From Tubiluchus corallicola (lineage: Eukaryota; Animalia; Priapulida): a DNA stretch of 64,000 bases. Positions 36,543 through 50,272 of the stretch are shown here, one piece after another; position 1 is the first letter of the stretch; each line of letters begins with the position of its first letter. The stretch spans positions 620,001-684,000 of the forward strand of contig JAQGDQ010000010.1 in the NCBI GenBank assembly GCA_030141605.1, given 5' to 3'. Position numbers and translations under genes: made by a program. The notes under the pieces were generated by a model. That model worked only from the letters and a program-made list of their open reading frames with translations, did no database searches and had not been told where the DNA came from.

Positions 36543-39500
36543 TTATGATGGTGATTCTGATGGTGAATGTGACGGCGGCTGTGGCACTGGAAAAGCTTGC
36601 ACTTTCAACATCGGTTGTTCAGACTTCAGTTTCTCTAATTTTCCATTAGTAGTTGACAGTTCATCACACTTCTCTGATAATCTAAAAAAATAAGTACATT
36701 TATGATTTATAAGACATACTTAAAAACAAGTAAAAACACGAAATAATCGAAATTGCTGCATACTATGACCTTAAAGCACATAAGGTCAAAAACTGATTTG
36801 GCACATAATTCTCGAAAAGATTTGCATTTATTAGTCAGCATTGTAGTTACAGCCTTTAAAATAATACTTTTCAAAACCTGATGTACCCTGAACTTTTCTT
36901 TCATCTGAATGGCATCAGTGTAATGTTTCAGTTATCATTATTGTTGATGTAAATCACAAACTAACAGGTGTAACAAATACAATAGGTGCCATTTCTTAGA
37001 CACATAGTTAATAGAATCAGTTGGCTAATTCAATTCATAAACTGCTATTCAAATGTATATAAAAACTGTTAACAATTAACTCAAATAACACTGTAATTGA
37101 TTCAAAATTTTTGTTTGAGGTACTCAAGAATAAGACAGTTACATGTAACCAAAGAGCTCTTACTATTTCATGTTATCTTTACTTCAATTTCATGCATTAA
37201 GCTCATTTTTTGTAAGCAGGTATGTTCATCCTGTGCTAATATGCTAGTGTAGCAGTTATGCTTTCCTCTGTTACCAGATTGTCCGCTGCAATTAACACCT
37301 TTACCCAAGAATTTATGGAAGCTAAATTTTTAATCACATACCTAGCGCACACAGCACGTTTAATCAGTTAACTGTTGCTTTTATGACACCCATGCAGCGG
37401 CAGTAATCTGCCAGTATTTGTAAACATTATAGAGTATATAGAGATAATTCTGAAAAGTACAGTACACCATAAGCATAAAGACGTAATATTTAAAGCTCTC
37501 GCAGGCTTTGGAGTGCATACTAAGCTGAAGAGTGACGACTCATACATCTATACTAGTAATACTACAGCTGTCAGCTAATAGATTCAGTCGGCTAACTGGG
37601 TCAAAACGCATCCATCCAAAAGTGAGTCTAATAATGGTGCCCACTGTAATTACAGCTTAAAAAAGTGTACCCAATGAAAAAATGAGATGATAAGAAGACT
37701 TACTTGTACATCCAATGTTGAGTCATTGCAGCCAGCAACAGGAATGTTACACAACACTTGAATATCACTGCTAATGAGAGATTCTGCAAAAGTAAAAAAA
37801 TTGACACTGTATCTGAAAACGCATGCAAACTTTCATAAAGGCACATGATAATATATATGCAGTAAAAGTTACTGGACACTAGCTAACTAGACTGTTTTAG
37901 AAAGGAGACATTTATTCTTCTAAGTCAACATTAACAACGGGGCTATTTTGTAGAAAAAAATACTGGATGGGATAGAGATCTAACTCATTAACAGGATGAT
38001 CTACAGTATAGTATACAACCCTGTTAGGGTCGTACATAACCCAACTAGGTCATTAACCTATCTTTATCAAAATAATATAGAAACGTTCTTGTTACTGGCA
38101 ACATATTCTGAAACAACCCACATACAGCTACGTTTATCAAGCACACGAAGAAAATAAACTTATGGCTGGTAGTGGGCACTGTTGCACTAGTTTTGAATAT
38201 GGCTTCAATCGTATTTGGGAAAATCAGGGTACTCTCTCTCTCTCTCATAAATGCTTGCTCGATTATGTACAATTATCAAAAAATGAAATCTATGACAATA
38301 TCATAAGTGGTGGTTAAAATTAATTACAAAAGTACAGAACTTTTAAAGTGCACTATCAATTAGAGAACTATTCGCTTTTTAGTTTCAATAAATATGTCAT
38401 AACTAAATACAAATACACCAAAAGTAGAATTAGCTCCAATTCACTGTGCACTGAAAATGGAAGATATCATAAACCAAGAAAAAAATCCTGTAAATAGTCT
38501 TATATCTGTACCACTTGTGATACTGATGAAATTGAAGATGAACGACACTGCATAAGGAGATGTCCTTTTTATAATCACTTGTCAGCCATATTTCACAACA
38601 AAGTAGCACCAATTGTACCAGAATTTAGCCATATTAATGATAATGATAAATTTGTATTTCTCATGGGTAGTAATGATGTAAAAATTGTAAAACTGACTAC
38701 GGTCAAACCTCGTTATAACGCCAGGTCTGGGACACCACTAAATATGGCACTATAGCGGGGTAGGCAGTAAGACGAGGTTTATTAAATATCAAAGCCATTC
38801 CACTGTGTACCCTCTTTTTTGTTTCCTAATTAATTGTAATATGTGATAAATAATATAATGTTATTATACCTACAAGAATACATATACTGTATATTTTTGC
38901 TGCATTAACTAAGCAGGTGTAGTTCTACGGAGGTACATTGTAAAACATTAACATAACATACCTTGGGGAAGCAATCTTGTGAAATACGGCTAATTAGCCT
39001 ACTGTTGATAAGAGAAATATGCAACCACGCGACGCACCCACGCTCCCCCCAACGTACTGGACAATTAAGATTAGAAATAGCGCCGCACATAACTTGACCT
39101 TGAGCTTTTACAGCAGTTAAATTCACATCAGTTCAGTACTGAAGCTTAGCTACGCAGCTCTTGAACTCTTAAAGAGTTCCTTGCTCATAACGTCAGCATT
39201 CACTTTTATACAGTCACCTGCAACAAGACCTAAATCTTAATTTAAACACCATAATTGTTTTTCTATTCAGAGATCATTGTTTTTACAAATGACTGTTTGT
39301 CTACAATACAATGGCTGTTTTTCAACAACAATTCATAGTCCTTTATCTTGTCTGCATTAGCATTATAACAGGGTAAATTTATTATGTAAAATAAATTTTT
39401 GGCAGAGGAGATACATTGGCGGATGGCAGTACGTGAGGTTGGCAGTATTTCCTATATTTAAAACATTATGGAAATCAGTACAAGGCAAAAGTTGGCATTA

Positions 39501-42500
39501 TGGCGAGGCTGGCGTTATAACAGGGGCGGTATAACGAGGTTTGACTGCATAAATTTTGTCAAAAACATTCTGTAGACGATACTGGATGAATGTCCCCTAT
39601 CCCTATTAGTTAAATGCTGTTTGTCTTTCTAATGTACTAACACAGCACAGAAACAATTAACTAATATAGCCATAGTATGTTGTCATAGAAGTGATTAAAT
39701 AATTTGCTGCTTATGTACATTGTTTGTGTGTAATTTGTTCTGTGTACTTTCAGTGTTAGTATGTTTCATTGTTGAAATTTTAATTGTTTTGTAATCTATG
39801 GTACATGTATTTGTATTAATAAATATGAAGTAAATATAATCTTTGCAGAGGGTATAAAAACAATGAATAGTACAGAACAAACTATTACACCAACATATTG
39901 CCTAAACAATAGCGAACCTGTCATGCCCTCAGAACTTTGTGAGGAAGCCTTGTACGTCTCTGCAGCCTGCAAGAGGAGCAGTGATTCGAAAGACTCAAGA
40001 TCCTCCAATACATCTTACAAGCTTAGCTGCTGAATATTGGTCAATGGTACATTTTTATCATCTTAGCATCTACTTCATCTTTCAGGATGTGTGGCAGGGT
40101 GGAAGTCCAGTGAATTTCCAAGCCATTCAGTTTAATCGAAAAAGATTTATTCCAGAATTTTCATGTCACTGTGCCAATCATACACTCAAAATTGCAGCCT
40201 GTGTGAGATGTACGAGAACTCCACCCTAAATTTTGAGGACATGATAGATTTGGTATTGTTTGGGCAATGCTTTGATGTAATAATTAGTTCTGTGCTATTA
40301 CTTGTTGTTTCTGTACTCCCATAGCAAACGGTTATGTACCACCTTGCGGTTAGATGAGACAGAAAGCCGTCAGAATACGTTTCTGAAACAGAATCGATGA
40401 CGGTTTTTGCACAGCACAGTTTACCTGCAAGAGAATGGCAACTACGATGAAGTTTAGTGGAATGCGGAATAGAGTCATGATTGTCGAGCGGGAAGCTTCA
40501 GGCACATACATGCCTCTCATTGTGCCCATGGCAGGCCAGAACACTCCCACGCATGCTTCAAACACGATGAAGGCAATAAATATCACAGTTTGTTCCTACA
40601 AAGAAAGAGATCAGGTTACACATGCAGCTATTGGGACATTTGTGCAACAGTATTAATACAGTAGTACTAGTACAGTGCAACAGTAGTATGCTAGTAGAGA
40701 GTAGCTGCTCTTTGATGCACTTGTAATTAAATGATAACTGTCTGCATCACATTCATTTTTACACCATCAGAAAAATTCCTATGTTGGCCAAATGCTGCAC
40801 CAAGTTATAATATGAGAAGCTAGCATAAAGAACCAGGTACATAGCTCAGTGGTAGCGTGCTAACTTTCCACCCAGGAGGTTGCAGGTTTAACTCCTAGCC
40901 AAGTCATATCAAAGCACTAAAAATTGTACCGCTGGTTCTTCAACCAAACACGTTTATCAAAATAATGTGCGGGTAATAATAGGGACCACCTTAGAAATAA
41001 GTATTTAGTTACTTAAGGTGGTCCCAAGAAATTAATATTATGAAGGGATGATGGCATCGACTTCTACTTTTGTTACAAAAATGGCCGTAGTTTTTAAAAT
41101 GGCTGCCACAAAAAGAAAGTTTGCCGACGAGTTATATTATCTGTTTCGCCTGAAGAATTATTATAAAAGCAAAAAGCAAGTCAATTTTATAAATTCGACC
41201 CTGTTGAGTCTAAATACTGCTAGACTAATAACTACCATATATACTTATGTACAAGTCAAATTTTTAGGAGGCGATTTTAAGGTGAAATTTTTGGGTCGAC
41301 TTATACTTACGATATGTTTTTGGGAGATGTCGCTAAAGAGTCGTCTACAATATGATTATGTAAAGAAATAATACTTCATTATATGCTGGACTGAATGAAC
41401 AACATACTGCAATACTTCACACCAGAGAATGTTCACATCTTGACATAACTTCATGCTGCATTATCATGGATTGCATTGAAAGCCCTCAACATGAATATAT
41501 ATGCATCGGGTAGGTATAATATACTCGGCCCAGGCACTTGCACGTATCTTACATGCTAACACAGTAAGCTATTGAATTATTACTCGCCCATTGTTGACAT
41601 CATTTACTCTGGAAAATCTTAATAATTTATGGTCGACTTGTACACAGGTAATATATAAAATGATACAATTTTTGGTCTTAAAATGCACATTGCCTTGTAC
41701 ATAAGGTCGACTTGTACACATGTATACACGGTAATAATAGGAAATTTAGCACAATGCCAGAACGCGTCAAGGTGATTAATGTTGGATACAAAAATCCTCC
41801 TATATGGGTACTATATTCAAGATGACCAATAAGATGGTTCGCTAGCATATTTAGGTTATATCTTAACTATTAAAACGGATAACATGATGATTTTGATGCC
41901 TAAATATAGGTTCAAGGGTCAAGCAACCCATAACTAATACTTAAAGACACTTATGCTCTCTAACAACTAAGATATGGCTTTAAAAAACTAGCAACAGCCA
42001 TCACCTAAGTCATTTTGAAATAGTGGCAATACTGGATGATATTTGCTTGGCCTCATATCCAAAATTAATCACTTTGATGGGTTTTAGCTTTGTACAAAGT
42101 ATTGTAACTTTTAGACGAAGTAAGCAAGTTTTTCCGCTGTTCTACAAGAGACTGTTATTTAGGGATCCAGATCAATTTCAGTATAGCTGCAAAGACGGCT
42201 ACAGCAGCTAGTGTAATACATTAACTTCGTTGCATGTTCTAAATCAAATAGGATGAGAATTTTAGTATCTAGATATAGGGTTTTAAATGTAAAAGCTATA
42301 GATTAGTATCCAATTAGGCCGCCATTTTCACGATCATCAACAAGATTTCTATTGCTAGCATCAGATAAAAGGAGCATCATAGTTGTCAGAGCAGATAAGA
42401 TAATGATTTTGGTGTCTAAACGTAGTTTCTCAAGGAATTCACATCTGGTACTAGGATAGTGATCAATGCCTGGACCAACCAACCATATCCAAAATTAATC

Positions 42501-45500
42501 ACCTTGACTGGTTTCAACATTGTAAAAAGTTTTGTAACTTAGGCGAAAACACCAGGTTTTCACCTTTCTGTTAGACATTTATGTCGAGATCCTGTCGGCC
42601 ATTTTACTTTTTACTTCTTGGGTTGTATGAAATTACTTTGCATTGTTTGGGGGATAGTAGCAGCTTTCTGGATTCAAGAAGATCTAGTTGATTGTTTTTG
42701 TTTATGTAATATATTTTATAATGAAACTGTTACTGTAACTGCATCTGCATAATCGGCATTATTTTGTTATCGCATGGCGGCCATTTCTGAAATGAAAATG
42801 ACAGAGATGGGTTCCTCAGGTCCAACTAACCAGGAATAGATGTCATACTGGCTTCTTAATGTTAATTTTCTAAAAAATTCTTTTAATTTACATTTGTGCA
42901 AAAACTTGCTGGCGTTTTGTTCTTTTTTGGCGTTTTTAACCCCTTTCCATTAATTCTTTGAGCTGGTAACAGCTGTTTTCGGATTCAGCATAGCCAAATG
43001 GATAAGACTGGCTATGTTGCCCACTTTAAAAAAATGACTCTAGGGTTCCACTTTTCTGAAAATGGGACTAGACTAAACCTTGTTCAACTATAGCACAGGT
43101 TTGAATTCACAAACATCCTACTAAGAAAAAGTAGCATCTTAAATGAAGAAGAATTATATTACACTGTCTCATAAATCAGTTATACTTACAGCGGGAAAAA
43201 TCACTGGTATCAATAATGATGCTGCGGCTATGAGTAAAATAAACCTATAAAAAGACAATATTTCAAATGAACACAGTATTACATTTCTATAAAGTCATAT
43301 TGTATGTGGTAAAGCAAGACAATCCATCCATATGCTTTGTTTTCGTTTAGAAAAAATAGTAAAGTCCGCGTGAAATAGAAATTTCATACAACTCTGGTGT
43401 TCACAGTTACTTGTAGGAAACACGATTCGGAGGCTTACTATTACTATTATTATTATTATTATTATTGTATTATAATATTAAGTTCTCGTTTACCTCATAA
43501 ATGATTCTGGCTTCACGTGGGCTGATAGTAGCTTAAAAATGGAGGACCCAAGCATGATGGCAACCTAAGATAAGTAATTTTTATTAGCATGCATAGTTTA
43601 AACAATGAATAACTTTCACTAAAAACAGTTATCACGAAGTGGCATTAAGAAAATAGCCACGATACGATGCCTTCAGCAAATACATGCAATTTGTGAAAAA
43701 ATCTGCTCAACTTCTTTCAGAATAAAAGAAATTGTTGTGAAGTCAGTGAAACATGAGTTAGGAGACTTAGTATCTGTGCTGTATCTACGAATAAAGGTTT
43801 ATGATCTAATATGCATTAAGGGAATTCAGAACGGAGTAAAATTCATTTGAATGTACATAGATAAAAAATGATAAGAAGTCTAGATAAAAAATGGCAGCAC
43901 AAATAATATAATGAAACTTAAGAATACAAAAATCAGATAGCATAAGTAAAACTGCACAAAATATTTAACAGATATCACATGCAATAGTATCTAATAATCA
44001 ACCTAGTAAACTACATACTGAATGGCAAACTAAAAATGTGATAGCTTTTGCTTATATATATACTTATGTAACACTAACATTTAATCAAACAAAGAAGTTG
44101 CCAAGCGTGTTTAATAGAATTAATTGTTATATTCTATACAGTATAACATTTATCTAAATTTAGAGGAATTTATTCAATTAACACAGTTTTTAAATTGCTT
44201 TATTCAGAATTTCTTGCACAACTAAGACGAAATTGCATTTACAATGAACGTATGTAACAAAAATACTATATGGGCAGTGAAGGCAAAGCCAAAAGAGCAC
44301 ATTAAAAGACAAAATAGCTATTATACCATGAATGTCGCAAATACATGACCATGTGGAATTATGCCTCTATGGTCTTCATGCATCTGCCCCACTTCCTCTT
44401 CTTTGATTGGAGGAGAAAGAGCTGGTGTCCACTCCAACACAAATGTATACATCGACCCTTCGAATAAACTCTGAACAATTCCCAAGCACAACACTTTGTG
44501 ATCTGTATTATAATGCAATGAATTTTAGAAGATGACAGTTATGTGTTGGTAGTCTAATGTATATGAAATAAAGTTAATAAATTGGGAATGATGTGATAAA
44601 ACATTTTCAAGATTAGACAAATGTATGTATTTGTAGGTAAACCAGTACAGGCCAAAATCTGGCAGGTTTTGAACTCTGCTGTTATCATTACTATACCGCA
44701 GTTTCCTTAAAGGAAAAGAAAAAGGAATTTTAAAGTATATTCAAAAGAAATGTGTAATTGAAAAAGAAAATTCTAAATAATTTAAAATGCTAGCGCACCA
44801 TCTGGTAAGATGGCACTGCATCACAATTCCAGTGTACACCACTGATTCACACAAAAACATATTATTGATCTTATTGACAACATAAAGCAACAAACACTGT
44901 TGGCTAATTAGCAAAGACTGTGCAACAGATGCTCAGGTTATTTTTAAAAACATTCTGTAATGTTACTTAAACATGCTCCAAAGAATGACCGTTAAAATGG
45001 CCGCATTTGTTAGAAGTTTCATATGACATTACTGCTAACGCAAGCTCCGTATGCAGAAAGACAGCAGGTAAACAATATAAAATTTTGAGACAAATTTTTA
45101 AGCTTTCTTTAGGAAGAGCATTTTCTAGTGCTTTAAGCATTCCGTTATGGTAACTTTACAAGCACTTTTTGGGCAACTGCGAGTCTTGTATTATAAATCC
45201 AATATACTGAATGTTTTGTTTTTAAGCGTATATAAGTAATGGCTATAAAACTGATTAATTAGGAGCACAACACAAAACAGTAAATTTGAAATGGCTGCAC
45301 TGTTTTTACCACATTAATGATTCCTACATTACAATATCCTTCTTGTTTAGTGCAACAGACAGCAATCAATGGCACTATGGAAAACATAAAAAGCACACAG
45401 CATGCTGCTTCGTAGTTAAGATAATAAAAGTTTACATTATGAATGTAAAACCCAAAAATCTACTGAGCACAGAAAAAGCAGGCTTACCATTTTTAACGGT

Positions 45501-48500
45501 TTTTAGAGCACTACCAAACGAATGTATAAACAGCGCATTGGAGTCACCATAGTTCTCTTTCCAAGTACATCCAATTATGATAATCATAAGAACAAGAACA
45601 ATTGCAGACATGTCAAACGGAGCTCTATAATCCAATAAATTGAATGAAGTGCATTATACAACATACAGGAGTCCAAAAACTCACTGGGCAAATACATAAA
45701 CAGGAGAAGGCCTCTTGTGGCACAGTCGGAACAAATAAATGAACCTATTTTTGTTGTTCCTTTCATTTACATAAATACCTATAATTTTTGTACACTGTGT
45801 GTGAAATGGCTTTTATGGGGAAATAACTGTTGTTGCAACTTTAGAAGATATTTAGTCAACTTGTGTCATATCTGCAGGGCAATCAGCAATGTTAAATATG
45901 ATTAAAAGTGTAAAAGAGTTGTAGGTTCCGGTCTTTCAGATATTAAGTAAAAATATAGAATTGAGTTGCTCATTTTAACTTCAAAATTTGCCTCGAAGTC
46001 ATTAGCGAATGTTCAACAGCGCATTAGAATACAGAATCTATACTGCATACAGCAGTCAAAAAGGTAAGAGCTTGCAGAAACATATAAACTAACAATAACA
46101 GGTCAATAGTTTTCCAATTTGTAAGCTATTACAACTGCTTTTGCAAAATTTGAAAGCACCAATCACTAATCAAAGTTATCACTTTGCACTTTCACACTGA
46201 CAGAATGCTTTCATATTTATGATTCAAGTGTTGCTACAATCATAACAAATCATTGTTACAAGGATGCTGTTTTTACATCTTTTGAATTTAGCATAAAATG
46301 GTGAGAGCAGAGACAAGCAGTAAACAGTATAAACTTGAAACACTTACACAAACCCAAAAAGATCAGCAACAATCTGAGCCAGCAATCCACATCCAATCGC
46401 AACCAAAGAATTTCCTAAAGTTGCATGACTGAACAGCACAGCTAATGAGCTGTCATCAAACCGCCTCTGTAATTAATTAATCAATAACTAACAGCAGCAT
46501 TACAAAAAGAAATCATTAATCTAATAGCTGGATTAACAAGAAGAAGTCTTTAAATTAATATTAGCATTAACAAAAAAATCTTTAATTTAACAGCATCATT
46601 AATAAAAGGATATCTTTAATCTAATAGCAGCAATAACAAAAAGAAATCTTTAATCTAATAGCACCATTAACTAAACGAAATATTTAATCCAAGAAAATAC
46701 AGAAGATGACTTCATTAGGAGCTACATAAAGTGGTGCAATATGGGGTCACACTCACTACATTAACACATTGAATTATGCTTACGTCATGGTGTTCATAAA
46801 CTGCCCATGATTCAAATGCCGAGTATAGTATAGATGTCGCTATACCTCCCAATAACCGACCAATCATCAGCACCCAAAAATATGGAAAATGCTGCAATAA
46901 CAAAAAAAACTCATTATTCCCCTAACAAACAATATGTAAAACTCTGAATAACAAAGAGAAATCTATGATGTTGTAGCTAATGTATCTCTTCAGTTTTACA
47001 AGGATAAATTTATTCTATTATAAAGTAAAAAGTTTTATATGGTAGGATTCTACATTCATTTCTGCATAACTGTGTTTATTTAAAATTGTGCAACTTAAAA
47101 AATCAGGTTTTAACTCCTGCCTTTTTTTATATGCCGGGTGCTACAAACACGCTGATAGATTTTTACAAAATGAACTTGCCTTGGTGATACAGGACATAAT
47201 GTACAGTGCTCCAAACAGCAGACAGTTATTTCTTCTGCCACTGTAATCAGAACAAATCAAGATAAAAAGATCATGATAACATGTTTTGAAAACAGAAAAA
47301 ATAATTGACAAATCACTATGTGTTTCTGAGAAAGATCATTCTAAACACTAGTAAGAACTTTCCATGATTCTGGGTGTTTACTTTTTATAATCTAGAAAGC
47401 TTCTGTAGGAATGGCTGACAGATTTGTGGGATAAACTTGTAATACTTGAATTATACATAAATAATATTATGTATGATGTAAGATTTTGCGCATTATCTTT
47501 GGTAGTGATGTTACTTTATCACTGGGTGCAAAAGAACATTGAAGGCTTTAACAAGATTAAAAATCTATTTGCTTGCATGGATACCATGCTAAAATATTGA
47601 ACAGAAAGGCACAAATAGCTATAAAAAGCCGTTGACCTATTTTAATAGGCAACGGATACATCATTAATTATACCAAAGTCAGGAAAACTGGACGAGATTG
47701 ATTAACTGATTGCTGGTCTCACTTCTTCTGCATCAACGAATGCAAAGGCATTTTTAATTACGACTTTAAAGTCTATCCACTTGCATTAATCTTGCATTTA
47801 TATAGTAATGATAATTAAAGGAAACAGGGTGATTTGTCATATCGTATCCAATTTTGGAAGTACTGTTTACATTTTAATACCAATAATACTGTAAAAGCAT
47901 TCCTGATAATTAAATAACAGACAGATTAAAATCTTAGTTAATGGCGTGTAAGCCAACTATAGATAACATCACAAATGAACATAATTTTCAACAGCAAAAA
48001 CATTCAATGAGTGTACTGCATGTGTTTGCAACAGCGAAAACTGAATTACAGTGCTACAGTACAACATTCAGTGTGTTATACTATAATTCGGCAAGTTTTA
48101 AGATAAAAATCAAATTTCACATTTACGGCTCTACTCAAGCGCGAGTTCTCGAATGTGTGCACTATGCTACAAATGAACAAGTGTGAACTGAGAGATACAG
48201 CACCCGATTTTGGGCAACGCGTTTCCAGGTGCTAGTGCCATCTAACTAACAAATGGCGAAATGCATGTAACAGCGAAAGAATTGGCCAAGCGAGCACTAA
48301 GTTGCATTTGTGTGGTAATAATTCTTTCATGTAAGTCATTCTTAAAAAAATGGTATGTTCCCTTTCAATATTTTAAAGAGTACTTTGTTTTGACCTACAG
48401 TTTAAGATTGGGCCCGGTTTTCTTTTAAAAAGCAAAGTAGTTATCACTACACACAATGCTAACCTTGCACTATAGAATGAAGTGTAATGCAAGAACTTCT

Positions 48501-50272
48501 TTTAGACAATGATGGCTACATTATTTTGCAAAATAATAGAAAAAATCATTACAATATTACAGTATAGCATTCAGTATAATTCAATATCACTAGGAGCAAG
48601 GTGCACTGTTATAGATAAAAGAGCTGGATGAAGTCTTAGGATGCAAAAACAGGTTCTTGTTCTTGAAAATGCTTCCGAAATGTAGCAAATGCACTCACTA
48701 TTTATCAGCAAAAGAACCAACAATTGTTCCAAATAACATGCTGGACCCAAACCCAGCCACAAAAAGAACTTCAATCTGATGTGTAGTCATTCCATAGCTC
48801 TCGTATAACACATACACATGAGGACCCTGTAGCCAGTCAGAACCTACAAAACAATGTTCATTGACATTATTTATTTACAGAAACAATCATAAAAACGAAA
48901 CTATTATAGGATGTACAAGGTACATTGCATCATGATGATATCACATGATAAAAAGTTCTTTTAGGCTACATGGTATACATAGTCTGACATGTGGCTATGA
49001 AAGAACCTCAGCCATGTCCAGTAGTAGTTACCAGACATACTGCATGATTATTACAATTATTACTGTATGGAAAGTTTCACGAAAAACAAACATCAACAAA
49101 TAATTTTAGAGAAACTTGAGGAAGTCTTGACTGGAGCAAGATGCTCCTTAGCCCTCGTTCCACAACCTGATCTGTTGCTTAGTTTTCTAACCTAAGACTC
49201 AATCATTCAAGAATAAGACAGTAATTGTTTTCTCCCATAAAAAACAGGAATGTGCAATACAAGTTTCCATAAAGAATTCTACGTCAGTCCTTAATTAGAT
49301 GTTTTACTATCGAAACACTGCAGTTACATCTGGGTCGATGCAACAGTTTGTCAATGCACCCATTTCATAGGTTGCAAAATTGTACTGTCAAAATGATCGT
49401 GTATGAATTGAGGTCAATCGACAATCCTTGATCGCAGATTCTGTTTGTTCGTTCAGCTTATTGCATCTTACGACATTTTAAGTTTCCCAAATGCTGACAA
49501 TTTCTTTTTGCTCAAAAAGCACATTTCATTACTACTCATAGCTGACATTTTTCCATGCAGAGTAGCTGCCTGCAAATACAGTTTTTCCCACTGGTCTCTT
49601 ATCTGTGGAATTATCTGCTAAAAAATTGCTTCTCTGTTAACTACAACCTTTCATGCTTCAAGGACAATGTTAACAGACTGAAGAATGTGTTCAAACCAAT
49701 AGCAGATTAGTTAAACAAAACCATTTTCTGCTGTAGTCCTTTGGCTACTAGTCCTTGGGTGGTTACTAGTCTTGTTTGGGGCAATTTCTGTGAAAAGTTT
49801 ATCTTCTCCATTTCTTTTACCAACTTCCACATGAAATTTTCGCACAGATTGGTCACTCATGCAACACTCAAATTTTTTAAATTTACATATAAATTTCAAA
49901 CTGCTCAAAAAATCTTAAATGTGAGAAAACATATGTGTTGTATTTCGACTATTTTCGACTTATTCATCAGCAAATGCTAGATTATTGCAGATTTTATTCA
50001 CCTAATACACCTAGCATATTCATCAAGGCAAAAAACTATATGTGATTCTTCAATGTAATCAAAAAAATTGGCAAATACAAATTATTTTCAAGATTGCGCT
50101 TATATGATATTTTATATTTACCCATTGCAAGCAGGTAAACAAACAAGTATGTCTGCTGAAAGTGTTGAAAATCCACATCATAGTTGACTGCCACTGCACT
50201 TCTCGTGATCAGGTAGGCCACAGCACATATTGCACACAGCACGTAAAAGATGCTGATGAATGTCATCGCCAT
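36543..50272 (-). CDS. MFSD5: MFSD5-like MFS transporter (molybdate-anion transporter family), 12 coding exons, 470 aa
   Basis: Exons 50272-50122, 48843-48699, 47240-47180, 46891-46784, 46466-46348, 45624-45488, 44502-44327, 43564-43494, 43244-43190, 40595-40425, 37783-37704, 36681-36543; all phases join. Family motifs FQQTYLFVYLLAMGSDWLQGPHVYVLY, ADKYGRR, GRLLGGIATSILYSAFESW, WKENYG, QSLFEGSMYTFVLEWTPAL, FEACVGVFWP, FRIPLN. Confidence 0.93.
36980..37646. mobile_element. Degenerate TA-flanked pogo-like element, related to the terminus at 56329
   Basis: Right end ...CCAAAAGTGAGTCTAATAATGGTGCCCACTG|TA is the reverse complement of the 56329 terminus CAGTAGGCGCCGCTTAATAGACTCACTTTGG; the left end is degenerate. 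Confidence 0.45.
38420..38699 (+). mobile_element. LINE ORF2 C-terminal (CCHC-type) fragment, interrupted by a pogo-like MITE
   Basis: Reads RISSNSLCTENGRYHKP...ICTTCDTDEIEDERHCIRRCPFYNHL...DKFVFLM, resembling the LRxSxHxLxIExGR...CxxC..EDExH...C.xY ends of non-LTR retrotransposons. Confidence 0.6.
38700..39547. mobile_element. pogo/Tigger-like non-autonomous element
   Basis: TA|CGGTCAAACCTCGTTATAACGCC ... GGCGGTATAACGAGGTTTGACTG; about 23-bp TIR. Confidence 0.8.
40836..40960 (+). mobile_element. tRNA-derived SINE fragment
   Basis: A box TAGCTCAGTGG and B-box-like GGTTTAACTCC, followed by GTCATATCAAAG..TAAAAATTGTAC, which resembles the conserved core of Meta-type animal SINEs (recalled, not aligned). 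Confidence 0.6.
41235..41731. mobile_element. Tc1/mariner-superfamily (Tc2/pogo-type) MITE
   Basis: TA|CCATATATACTTATGTACAAGTC ... GACTTGTACACATGTATACACGG|TA; internal GTCGACTT repeats. Confidence 0.7.
41760..43074. mobile_element. Degenerate DNA-transposon remnant with internal repeats and an Academ-like right end
   Basis: Repeated CATATCCAAAATTAATCAC...TTGTAACTT blocks (about 42054 and 42484), GGCCGCCATTT-type motifs and terminus GGGACTAGACTA; no matching left end found. Confidence 0.35.
46490..46690. repeat. About 38-40-bp minisatellite (about 5 copies) in an MFSD5 intron
   Basis: Repeated (C)AGCATTAACAAAAAGAAATCTTTAATCTAATAG-like units. Confidence 0.7.

Noticed and set aside
39796-40229. 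Short ORFs in an MFSD5 intron (MEDLESFESLL...)
   Set aside because: No family similarity recognised and not needed for the MFSD5 frame.
40836-40885. Functional tRNA gene (also considered for 28592-28665)
   Set aside because: Stems do not close and the B box is degenerate; better explained as SINE heads or pseudogenes.
48928-48992. Possible C/D snoRNA (ATGATGA...CTGA)
   Set aside because: Lies antisense to the host MFSD5 intron, has a weak terminal stem, and no guide target was recognised.
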